Below, in pieces: positions 27,568-38,019 of a stretch of 64,000 nucleotides of DNA; the first letter of the stretch is position 1; every line of letters starts with the position of its first letter. This stretch comes from Clostridia bacterium (GTDB lineage Bacteria > Bacillota > Clostridia > Oscillospirales > CAG-272). The translations under genes and the position numbers were made by a program. The stretch spans positions 1,883-65,882 of the forward strand of contig JAFVRG010000010.1 of the NCBI GenBank assembly GCA_017504405.1, read 5' to 3'. The notes under the pieces were generated by a model. That model was not told the origin of the DNA. It saw only the letters and a list, made by a program, of their open reading frames with translations, and searched no databases.

Positions 27568-27620
27568 AAATTTTCTCCTATCATTGGGGCGCAGGTGCGC
27601 CCCTTTTTTAAATTGGTTTA

Positions 27621-30614
27621 TTATCTGTCACGGATAGCGTCAATAGGCTTCTTCGCCGCAATCTTCCTTACAGGCATAAAGGATGCGATAAACGCAACGC
27701 CAAGGCTGATTGCGAAAATATATATAATATTCATAACGCCGAAGCTGAGTATGGTCATCAAGAGGCCGTACTCCTCACGGAGCAGATTGTTTATAAGCAT
27801 AGTGACACCGAAGGATATGCCTGCCGAGAGAACGAAGTTTATCATAGCGATAACGAAGCTCTCCGAGAAGAATATCGAGAATACATCGTTGGAGCGTGAG
27901 CCTATTGCACGCAGAATACCAATTTCACGCTTCTTGTAGTTGATACTCGTAACGATGAAGTTAAACATCATAAGAGATGCAAACGCCGCAAAGCCTACGC
28001 CTACCCAGAGGAATACCTGACCGAGAACGTCAAGAATTTCCTTCATATCGTCGAGCAGCACGTTTACTGCATTCGAGAGGCTGTACTGAACGTGACCCTC
28101 CTCGTAGGTATTTTGTACGTACTTGATTACCTGCATAAGCTTGTCGCCCGCAGCTGCGGGAGCAACAATGGTTTTAAACGGACCTGTCGGGCCGAATTCC
28201 TCGCTCATTTTGTCGGTGCTCGATTGCATTTCGGCAAGAAAATCAGCCTTTCCGACGTTCCACAGCTCATCGCTCATTACCGTTACATTGCTGTTTCCTT
28301 CAAGCTTTGAGGTGTTGAAAAATCCGACCACCTTGATAGGTGAAACCGCGCCGAGCTCCAAGCCCTCAAAATCCTTAACGCCTATCTGCGATTCGGTATA
28401 CTCGCAGAAAATAGCATTCAGAGCATTCTGGTTGTTTACCTTCAAAACCTCAACATAGACCTTGCACTTTTCAAACTCACTGTTTATGCCGACAAGCTCA
28501 AAGTAATGGTTTACAGAGATATTGTTCTTAATTTCGGTTATGCTGCCGTATCCGCCTATATCCAAAATCTCTTGCGCCATAGCGTCTGTGAGCTTAGTAT
28601 CGCACGAATTGAAATAGTCGTGAACGGCATTGTAAATGCTACCGGCGGGCAGAAGCACCTCGTAGCCTTCAAGCGCGGTTTTTCCTGCTTCGTTAAAGAA
28701 AACAGCCGAGCTGTCGGTGAGGCTCGCAAACGGCCTTATCCAAGAATTTAAATGAATTGTGCGGTTGAAGGGATCGCCAATATTCTGAGGATTGAAACGG
28801 CTATCAAAGATGTTTGAAATCTGCTCATCGGTTACCGTGGTGCCTGCAACAGCCTGCTCGTAGAGGTTGTCGTATACGTTCTTCGATACGAACAGAGCGC
28901 CTGTGGGACTGAAATCAACGATTGCCTCGTATTCCTTATACAAAAGGTAATCGTAAATGCCCTGCTCCTCGTCCTGCTGGAACATATTTGTCTCGTATCT
29001 CTGGGCATTAAAGCCTGTATTTACAACTCCGACAATAGTATACTCACGGCTCACCATCTCTCCACTCGAACCGAAATTGCTGTTTATCCTTATAGATGAA
29101 TTTATTTTCTTTCCTATAATATCATCGGCAGAGTTTATCTCTATTTTCTCGTTTTTGTCGGTTGAGCTGTATCCCGCACCCTTGAGCAGTGCAAGCGTCC
29201 AATCGGTTATCGCAACCTCGTTGTCTGCCAGAGGCAGTCTGCCGTCAACGGTAAACTTGAACGCATCGAGATCAGCCTCGGTGAAATGAGCGACGGATCT
29301 GAACTCCGAGCTTCCGTACAGCTTATCCTGACTGTAAAACATATTCCAGCTATCTGCACGTGCGTTGATGAGTCCCATAAAGGACACGCCGAGCTCGCCT
29401 TCAATTCTCGTCTTTTCCTCATCGGTAAAGGACGTGTTGTAGGTGTTGAAGTAATCGTACTCGTCGGGGTCGCTGTTCCAGCCCTTCTGGAAGGAAACGT
29501 ACTTGATGCCCGAGTCAATGAGTGAGTTGTAGGTCGTTTCAACGTGGTCGTAGCCCGCAACCGAGGTCGCAAGTCCGAACAGCGAGAACGCAACAACCGA
29601 GAGAAGAATTGTGAAGGCAAGCCTTACAGGCTTGTGCTTTATGCTCTGCGTTCCCATCTTGAATGCGTTTTTGAGGGGAAGGCGTGACTTAATCAGCTTG
29701 AACTTCTCGCCCGAATGAGGCTTTATCTTGCTCTCGTCGGTGGGAACGAACGCTCCCGCCATACCCGACTTATTCTTCTTTGAGAATATGCCGAGGCGTG
29801 TTTTCTGTCCTGCACGCTTGAGGCGCAGAAATTCGTTTATCGCATCCATATCCTCCTGTGTCAGAACGTAGTCGTCGGGTATCTCGATTTCATTTTCCTT
29901 AAAATTAAGTCCCTTTTCCTCGGCTGCGGTGTTGTTCTCTCCGCTGTACTCAACGTCGGATATAATCTTACCGTCTGCAAGCTCGATAATTCTGTCCGCA
30001 TACTGCTCGGAGAACTCACGGTCGTGAGAAACTATTAAAACGAGCTTAGTCTTCGAGAGCTTTTTGAGGGTGTCGAATACCTGACGTCCCGTCTTTGAGT
30101 CCAGCGCTCCCGTCGGCTCGTCTGCCATTATTATTTCGGGGTTTTTAACCAGCGCACGTGCTATCGCAACTCTCTGCTTCTGACCGCCCGAAAGCTCGTT
30201 AGGTCTGCGGTTGCCCATTCCTGCGAGGTCAACCTCTTTCAGTATGTTGTTTATCGCCTCGCTCGTCGCACGCTTGCCCTGAAGCTCGAGCGCAAGACCG
30301 ATATTTGCGCCTATCGAAAATTCCTCAAGAATGTTGTACTCCTGGAAGATGAAGCCTATGTAGGTGTTACGGTAGCTGTCAAAGTGCTTCTGCTTAAATT
30401 TCTTGCTCGATACACCCTTAATGAGTATATCTCCGCTGTCGTATTTATCAAGACCTCCGAGGATGTTAAGAAGAGTTGATTTACCCGAGCCCGACTTACC
30501 GAGTATAAATACCATACCCGTATCGGGGAGCTTTACCGACACGCCGTCAAGCGCATTGACGGGCACGCCTCTTTTGGGCTTGTAAACCTTTTTCAAATTT
30601 ATTGCTTCAAGCAT
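27621..30614 (-). CDS. Fused ABC transporter: MacB/LolD-type ATPase plus FtsX-type permease with a very large extracytoplasmic domain
   Basis: GKSGSGKST Walker A, LSGGQKQRVAIARAL signature and LVLIVSHD. TM1 is around LAFTILLSVVAFSLFGLATSV, followed by about 500 aa of soluble sequence and then a C-terminal FtsX-like 3-TM bundle. Confidence 0.85.
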   Translation of the reverse strand: MLEAINLKKVYKPKRGVPVNALDGVSVKLPDTGMVFILGKSGSGKSTLLNILGGLDKYDSGDILIKGVSSKKFKQKHFDSYRNTYIGFIFQEYNILEEFSIGANIGLALELQGKRATSEAINNILKEVDLAGMGNRRPNELSGGQKQRVAIARALVKNPEIIMADEPTGALDSKTGRQVFDTLKKLSKTKLVLIVSHDREFSEQYADRIIELADGKIISDVEYSGENNTAAEEKGLNFKENEIEIPDDYVLTQEDMDAINEFLRLKRAGQKTRLGIFSKKNKSGMAGAFVPTDESKIKPHSGEKFKLIKSRLPLKNAFKMGTQSIKHKPVRLAFTILLSVVAFSLFGLATSVAGYDHVETTYNSLIDSGIKYVSFQKGWNSDPDEYDYFNTYNTSFTDEEKTRIEGELGVSFMGLINARADSWNMFYSQDKLYGSSEFRSVAHFTEADLDAFKFTVDGRLPLADNEVAITDWTLALLKGAGYSSTDKNEKIEINSADDIIGKKINSSIRINSNFGSSGEMVSREYTIVGVVNTGFNAQRYETNMFQQDEEQGIYDYLLYKEYEAIVDFSPTGALFVSKNVYDNLYEQAVAGTTVTDEQISNIFDSRFNPQNIGDPFNRTIHLNSWIRPFASLTDSSAVFFNEAGKTALEGYEVLLPAGSIYNAVHDYFNSCDTKLTDAMAQEILDIGGYGSITEIKNNISVNHYFELVGINSEFEKCKVYVEVLKVNNQNALNAIFCEYTESQIGVKDFEGLELGAVSPIKVVGFFNTSKLEGNSNVTVMSDELWNVGKADFLAEMQSSTDKMSEEFGPTGPFKTIVAPAAAGDKLMQVIKYVQNTYEEGHVQYSLSNAVNVLLDDMKEILDVLGQVFLWVGVGFAAFASLMMFNFIVTSINYKKREIGILRAIGSRSNDVFSIFFSESFVIAMINFVLSAGISFGVTMLINNLLREEYGLLMTILSFGVMNIIYIFAISLGVAFIASFMPVRKIAAKKPIDAIRDR

Positions 30615-30795
30615 AATATATCTCCTTATAACTTAATATTTTACTTTGATTAGAGTATACCATAAAACATTATTTCAAGTCAACAAAAATCAAGCATTTT
30701 TACATTTAAAAAAGAGGATATTTCGGTGTGTGAGGGCAGAAAATAACTGTGCTTCGCAATTTTGTGAATTTTGTTTGAATATTTATATAAATCGC

Positions 30796-30824
30796 TTGAC
30801 AAATTCATAAGCAGGGTGTATAAT
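30796..30824 (+). promoter_or_regulatory. Consensus sigma-A promoter upstream of the RHH-protein gene (and possibly clpB)
   Basis: TTGACA (30796-30801), a 17-nt spacer, TATAAT (30819-30824). Confidence 0.6.
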
Positions 30825-30856
30825 GTTGCTGTAAAGAAAAACCGTGGAGGATTAAA

Positions 30857-31519
30857 ATGTCAAAAAGCGTATATTCACTCGTCCTTACCGACGAGGTAGT
30901 CAGAGAGATAGACCGTCTGGCGTATCAGTCGGGGACGAACCGTTCAAATATGATAAACCAAATCCTTGCAGAACGTGTGTCCTACACAACGCCCGAAAAG
31001 AGGATAGAGGGAATTTTCGGTGCTATCGAAAAAATGCTGGGTATGTCGGATACCTTCCGCAAGAGTGCACCTGCCTCGGACACGATGCTCCAGATAAATT
31101 CCTCGCTCGCCTACAAATACAACCCGAACGTAAAATACAGCGTGGAGCTGTACCGTGACGACAGCGAGGCGCTCGGTGAGCTTCGTGTGTCTATGAGGAC
31201 GCAGAACACGGCGTTGATAATGGCTCTCATTGATTTTTACGGCGTGTGGGCTGACACCGAGCGACGTTTTATCGGCGAGAGCCCGTCGGGCGCCGACCGT
31301 ATGGGCAGATTTTACAGGAAGATAAAGCCGAGAATTAACCGCACGGCGAGCAGGGGCTCGGACACCGACACGCTCGGCGGGCTGATTGCGGAGTATATTC
31401 GGGCGTTTGACTCGGCGCTTAAAGCCTACTTTTACAACCTGAACGCGCCGAGCGTTGCCGTGCGTGAGGTGCAGAATATTTACAGGGAATACCTCTCGGC
31501 ATCGCCTCACATTATCTGA
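30857..31519 (+). CDS. Ribbon-helix-helix (CopG/Arc-like) N-terminal domain protein, rest unknown
   Basis: MSKSVYSLVLTDEVVREIDRLAYQSGTNRSNMINQILAERV fits a beta-strand/helix/helix RHH pattern. GGAGG RBS. 113 nt upstream of clpB on the same strand. Confidence 0.5.
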   Translation: MSKSVYSLVLTDEVVREIDRLAYQSGTNRSNMINQILAERVSYTTPEKRIEGIFGAIEKMLGMSDTFRKSAPASDTMLQINSSLAYKYNPNVKYSVELYRDDSEALGELRVSMRTQNTALIMALIDFYGVWADTERRFIGESPSGADRMGRFYRKIKPRINRTASRGSDTDTLGGLIAEYIRAFDSALKAYFYNLNAPSVAVREVQNIYREYLSASPHII

Positions 31520-31632
31520 GGGGTGTTGGTGGTAACGTCTTAATTTCAGGCTGACAGCACAGGGGCGTGGCGCAGGCACGCTCCCTGCCCGAAGGCTTTA
31601 CCTATTTGATTTTTTGTAAGGAGGAAAATATT

Positions 31633-34218
<2,586 letters not shown>

Positions 34219-34221
34219 AGG

Positions 34222-34430
34222 CAGAAAGGGCGCTTTTTGAAAAAAGCTTCGCAAAAACTTTCGCAGAGAAAAGACGAAAATAGGGCGCTTTTTGAAAAAA
34301 GCTTCGCAAAAACTTTCGCAGAGAAAAGACGAAAATAGGGCGCTTTTTGAAAAAAGCTTCGCATAAACTTTTGCAAAAAAATACGGAAACAGGCCGCTTT
34401 TTGAAAAAAGCTTCGCAAAAACTTCATAAT
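34222..34430 (+). repeat. Four tandem copies (period 55/55/54 bp) of the CGCTTTTTGAAAAAAGCTTCGCAAAAACTTT element
   Basis: Cores begin at 34231, 34286, 34341 and 34395. Copies 1 and 2 are identical over 55 bp. The array lies between the clpB stop (34218) and the terminator. Confidence 0.9.
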
Positions 34431-34476
34431 AAAAAACAGGCAAGGGTGAGGTGCTTTCTGCGCCTTGCCTTTTTGT
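34431..34476 (+). terminator. Rho-independent terminator of clpB
   Basis: AGGCAAGG ... CCTTGCCT stem followed by TTTTT. Confidence 0.6.
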
Positions 34477-34590
34477 TTGCGGTTATGTCAGATAAAAGGC
34501 TCGTTTTCTTCTGAAAAATTCTCCCAAAAAAGATGGACAAAGCGGACTTTTTGTGCTACAATAGGTTTATAACGACTAAGGAGAGCTAAC

Positions 34591-35325
34591 ATGACCGCAA
34601 CTCTTGCATATCAGTTAAAGGATATTTATTCTCTGCCAAAGCAGAAGCTTGACAGTGACACCGTTATCGTCGGCGTTGACGGAATATGCTATATCGTCAC
34701 CGAGGCGGGCAATCTGCAATTCGGAATTGACAGCATAATTTACATACCGAGGGGAGTTGAATTTTCAGCTCGCTCAGCCGTCGGCTTTTCGGGTATTTTT
34801 ATAGAGGTTGCGGGAGAGTGTCCTATGAAGCCCCTCACACCCCTTATGGATTACACGAAAAACATAGTACCGCTTGCGCAAATGATACACGCATCCTACA
34901 CGCAAAACGGCGAGGGCTCAAGCCTGACTGAGGCTCTGCTCTCCTCGGTTATGGGCTATGCGGAAATTATTGCCGAGAAAAAGGGTGAGCCTGATTTTAT
35001 CAGTATGTTAAAGGCAAGGATTGCGAGCGAATATCATAGCAAGGATTTTGACCTCGTGCGTGAGTGCCTGCGCCTCGGCTACAACCATGACTACGTGCGC
35101 CGTGTTTTCCGCACGGTTGTCGGCAAGACCCCCTCGGATTTTCTCACCGACGTGAGAATTTCAAGGGCAAAGGAGCTGCTCGTTTCAACCCCCGATTTAC
35201 CGATAGCGGAAATAGCAGCCGCTACGGGCTTTTCCGACCAGTATTATTTCTCACGTGTGTTCTCGAAGATATGCGGTATTTCCCCCGCACGCTACCGCCG
35301 TGCAAGGCTAAACGGCGAGGCGTGA
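34591..35325 (+). CDS. AraC family transcriptional regulator
   Basis: C-terminal double HTH (IAEIAAATGFSDQYYFSRVFSKICGISPARYRR). Confidence 0.8.
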   Translation: MTATLAYQLKDIYSLPKQKLDSDTVIVGVDGICYIVTEAGNLQFGIDSIIYIPRGVEFSARSAVGFSGIFIEVAGECPMKPLTPLMDYTKNIVPLAQMIHASYTQNGEGSSLTEALLSSVMGYAEIIAEKKGEPDFISMLKARIASEYHSKDFDLVRECLRLGYNHDYVRRVFRTVVGKTPSDFLTDVRISRAKELLVSTPDLPIAEIAAATGFSDQYYFSRVFSKICGISPARYRRARLNGEA

Positions 35326-35326
35326 T

Positions 35327-35818
35327 ATGCAGAAACGAATAGTTGAGAGGCTGTCGCAAATCGGCTGGGCGTGTGCGCTCATTCGCTGGGTTAACCTCAT
35401 ATCAACCGCACTTATACTCATATCATTTCCCGCAATGCTGATAATTTTTGCGGTCAAAAGGCTCTTTGTTCAGGCGCTCATTCTCGCACTCTCCTGCGCC
35501 GTTCCGTTTTTGACTGTAACAGGGGTGAGAATTTTGCTCGACAGACCCCGTCCGTTTGAGGCAGAGGGCTATACGCCCCTCTTAAAAAGAGAAAAGGGCG
35601 GACGCTCCTTTCCGAGCCGCCACGCACTCTCCGCCTCAGTCATTTCAACGCTCTGGCTCTGCGCAGTGGGCACGCCTGTCGGCATCATTTTATGGGTATG
35701 CACCCTCGCCCTCTCGGTATGCCGTTACCTGTCGGGCGTGCACTACCTCTCCGACCTCATAGTCGGCATCGCCGTCGGCACCCTCTCGGGCATCCTCGGC
35801 GTGTTTATTCTTCCATAA
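35327..35818 (+). CDS. PAP2-family membrane phosphatase
   Basis: SFPSRHALSA and SGVHYLSDL phosphatase motifs, with multiple TM segments. Confidence 0.75.
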   Translation: MQKRIVERLSQIGWACALIRWVNLISTALILISFPAMLIIFAVKRLFVQALILALSCAVPFLTVTGVRILLDRPRPFEAEGYTPLLKREKGGRSFPSRHALSASVISTLWLCAVGTPVGIILWVCTLALSVCRYLSGVHYLSDLIVGIAVGTLSGILGVFILP

Positions 35819-35821
35819 AGC

Positions 35822-35850
35822 AAAAACGGAGAACTTTTCTCCGTTTTTTT
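35822..35850. terminator. Bidirectional rho-independent terminator
   Basis: AAAAACGGAGAA ctt TTCTCCGTTTTTTT. Confidence 0.85.
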
Positions 35851-35864
35851 CATTGCCCGCAATC

Positions 35865-36170
35865 CTATGGATTTGGTTTTTCAAATCTTATTGTGTATTT
35901 TATTCCTTTTGTTTCAAACATAAATTTCATCGCATAACGTGCCCCTATTACAAACATTTCCCGCCTCTCAAGAGCTTTAACGTCCTCGTTCAGTGTCAAA
36001 AATTTATCGAATATTCTTTTTTGCTCCTCGGAAAGACCGTCGTATAAAAGCTCCTTCAACATATCGAACATTCTGAATATTTCCTTGTGCTTTTCTTTAT
36101 AGTCTTCCTCAAAGCTTTTGACATTTTCTTTTTCTACAAAGCTCCATACCTTATCAAGAAGTTCTCTCAT
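35865..36170 (-). CDS. Hypothetical 101-aa helical protein, divergent from an XRE regulator
   Basis: Charged, helical sequence (EEDYKEKHKEIFRMFDMLKELLYDGLSEEQKRIFDKF). AAGGAGAG lies upstream. No family was recognised. Confidence 0.5.
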   Translation of the reverse strand: MRELLDKVWSFVEKENVKSFEEDYKEKHKEIFRMFDMLKELLYDGLSEEQKRIFDKFLTLNEDVKALERREMFVIGARYAMKFMFETKGIKYTIRFEKPNP

Positions 36171-36198
36171 CTTAATAAATACTCTCCTTAATCTGCAT

Positions 36199-36222
36199 TT
36201 TTAGAACTTTTCGGTTCTAAAA
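36199..36222. promoter_or_regulatory. Perfect 9-bp inverted repeat (TTTTAGAAC n6 GTTCTAAAA), candidate XRE operator
   Basis: Located in the divergent promoter region between 35865..36170 and the XRE gene. Confidence 0.45.
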
Positions 36223-36284
36223 TATGATTATACTGTTTTTTTATGATATTGTCAATAGTACATAAAGATACTAAGGAGTTGAAA

Positions 36285-36479
36285 ATGTATTTAAGGCGAT
36301 TGCGTGATTTGCGTGAGGATCACGACATGAAGCAGGAAGAGGTTGCAAAAATCCTCGGAATACAGCAGACCGTATATTCACGGTATGAGCGTGGCGCTTT
36401 GACAATACCGCTACCACACTTATTAAAGCTGGCTGACCTGTACGGCGTAACCCTCGACTACATTACCGAAAGAGAATAA
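36285..36479 (+). CDS. XRE-family helix-turn-helix transcriptional regulator
   Basis: Start at 36285 (MYLRRLRDLREDHDMKQEEVAKILGIQQTVYSRYERG) with TAAGGAG upstream. Confidence 0.8.
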   Translation: MYLRRLRDLREDHDMKQEEVAKILGIQQTVYSRYERGALTIPLPHLLKLADLYGVTLDYITERE

Positions 36480-36480
36480 A

Positions 36481-36514
36481 ATCCCTGCAAGGCTATACCG
36501 TGCAGGGATTTTTA
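36481..36514 (+). terminator. Rho-independent terminator
   Basis: ATCCCTGCA ... TGCAGGGAT followed by TTTT. Confidence 0.75.
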
Positions 36515-36538
36515 TGTATGGGTTGTTGTGGATATAAT

Positions 36539-36567
36539 AAAAACCTCATTGCGAGAATGAGGTTTTT
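36539..36567. terminator. Bidirectional rho-independent terminator
   Basis: AAAAACCTCATT gcgag AATGAGGTTTTT, downstream of the minus-strand dxs operon. Confidence 0.8.
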
Positions 36568-36571
36568 GTTT

Positions 36572-37279
36572 TCAGGCGTTTTGGGCGCAGAGGATTATTT
36601 TTTGTAGGTCGGGGGCGGGGATTGGCTTATCGAGGGCGGTCAGGTGCTTTTCGGGCATTGCGCCGAAAAGCGATTTGTACCAGACGAGCGCTACGAGGTA
36701 TCTGCCGCCGCCGAGCGAGAGATGCACTCCGTCACGGTAGAGGCGCTCCACGCCTGCGTTTATTGCAAGGTTGACCGCACGGTGCGAGGGTATGTTACCC
36801 GAAATTTTCGGGTATTTTTCCATAATCGCAGAGAGCGTTGCATCTAACGAATTGTACATATCCCCTCTGGGTGCGACAGCCCTTGCTTCGGCGCTGTCGG
36901 GGCTGTACTCCCAGCCCTGATGCAGATATATTTTCGCTCTCGGCTGATATAGCTCCACTATCTCCAAGAGCCTTTCAAGCGACGGGGAAAAGCTATCCGT
37001 GCCGAGCGATTTGCGTGAGAGCTGTTGGACTGTGACAATATCGTATTCATCGGCAGATAGCGCCTCGTTGAGCGTTACGCAAAAGTCGGTTTCAACTCCG
37101 TTGAAATCATAAAAATACACACGCCTATCGGCATAGTAGTTTCGTATATGCGTATCGAGCGATGCGTCCGCAACGTAGAGATTTACCGTTTCGAGCTCTG
37201 CGCCGTTTTTACGTGCGAGGGCGTGAATATACCTATGGGCATCACGTGAAAAGCTGTTCCCTATCGACAAAATCTTCAT
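36572..37279 (-). CDS. SGNH/GDSL-like hydrolase-fold protein (DUF4886-like)
   Basis: MKILSIGNSFSRDAHRYIHALA (block I GNS), with a DGVHLS-type block near the C-terminus. Confidence 0.55.
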   Translation of the reverse strand: MKILSIGNSFSRDAHRYIHALARKNGAELETVNLYVADASLDTHIRNYYADRRVYFYDFNGVETDFCVTLNEALSADEYDIVTVQQLSRKSLGTDSFSPSLERLLEIVELYQPRAKIYLHQGWEYSPDSAEARAVAPRGDMYNSLDATLSAIMEKYPKISGNIPSHRAVNLAINAGVERLYRDGVHLSLGGGRYLVALVWYKSLFGAMPEKHLTALDKPIPAPDLQKIILCAQNA

Positions 37280-38019
37280 TACTCACGCCACCCCCTCGCT
37301 TTTGCGCACTCCTGCGCACACCTTTTTGCCAATTCTGCCGTGCCTGTGCCTATATCGGTATCAAAGTCGGAAAATTTGTTACCTGTCACCTGCTTTTTGG
37401 AAAGGCACAGATAGAGGATGAGCGAGAGCACGTATTTGCCTATATCCGAGGGGTCCTTCGGGCTGGCATACATATCAAGCCCTGCCGACAGCGAGGCTCT
37501 CAGCGCATCGCAAAACGGAACAATTCCGAAAACTCCCTCTGCGTTTTCCACCGCATCGGCAACCGTTCTCACAATATCCTCTGCCATTTTCTCGGTGCTC
37601 TCATAGCCCATTGTATTCATAAGAACCGGTGAGCCATCCTTATACGCCCACGGCTCGCTGACAAACAGGCGTGCGGCGGGGGCATACTTGTGAAGCCTTT
37701 TTTCAATAAGCGGCAGATAGTCGGTATACTGCAAGGGATTACAGCTCTCACGTGCGCCCTGGTGAATGACTATCGCATCAAAACGGCGTGAGGCGAGGAC
37801 GTCGTGGATAGAAACGGTCAGAGGCGTTCTCATTCCGTTAACCGACATTGATGCGTCCTTCGATTTTGTATAAAGCGAGCGCCAATACGCCTCATAGGTT
37901 GAGGCGGTATTTACCGTAAGGGAGCAGACGTACATCTGCTCCCTTGCGCTTTCGGCTATATTTGAAAGATAGCGCACCGCCATATCCGAGAAGCGGTCGC
38001 CTATAATCAAAACGTTCAT
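37279..38019 (-). CDS. Paralogous SGNH/DUF4886-like protein with an altered block I (GDRFS)
   Basis: MNVLIIGDRFSDMAVRYLSNIA. Its start overlaps the dxs stop by 4 nt, and its stop abuts the next start. Confidence 0.5.
   Translation of the reverse strand: MNVLIIGDRFSDMAVRYLSNIAESAREQMYVCSLTVNTASTYEAYWRSLYTKSKDASMSVNGMRTPLTVSIHDVLASRRFDAIVIHQGARESCNPLQYTDYLPLIEKRLHKYAPAARLFVSEPWAYKDGSPVLMNTMGYESTEKMAEDIVRTVADAVENAEGVFGIVPFCDALRASLSAGLDMYASPKDPSDIGKYVLSLILYLCLSKKQVTGNKFSDFDTDIGTGTAELAKRCAQECAKARGWRE

Noticed and set aside
27586-27609. GGGGCGC aggt GCGCCCC + TTTTTT hairpin between two minus-strand genes (ABC transporter and GH3); a similar hairpin lies at 54647-54670 between ylbF-like and mutS
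   Set aside because: The T-run is on the plus strand, so these are oriented against the flanking genes. They may stop antisense transcription or stabilise mRNA 3' ends. I could not support calling them terminators of the annotated genes.
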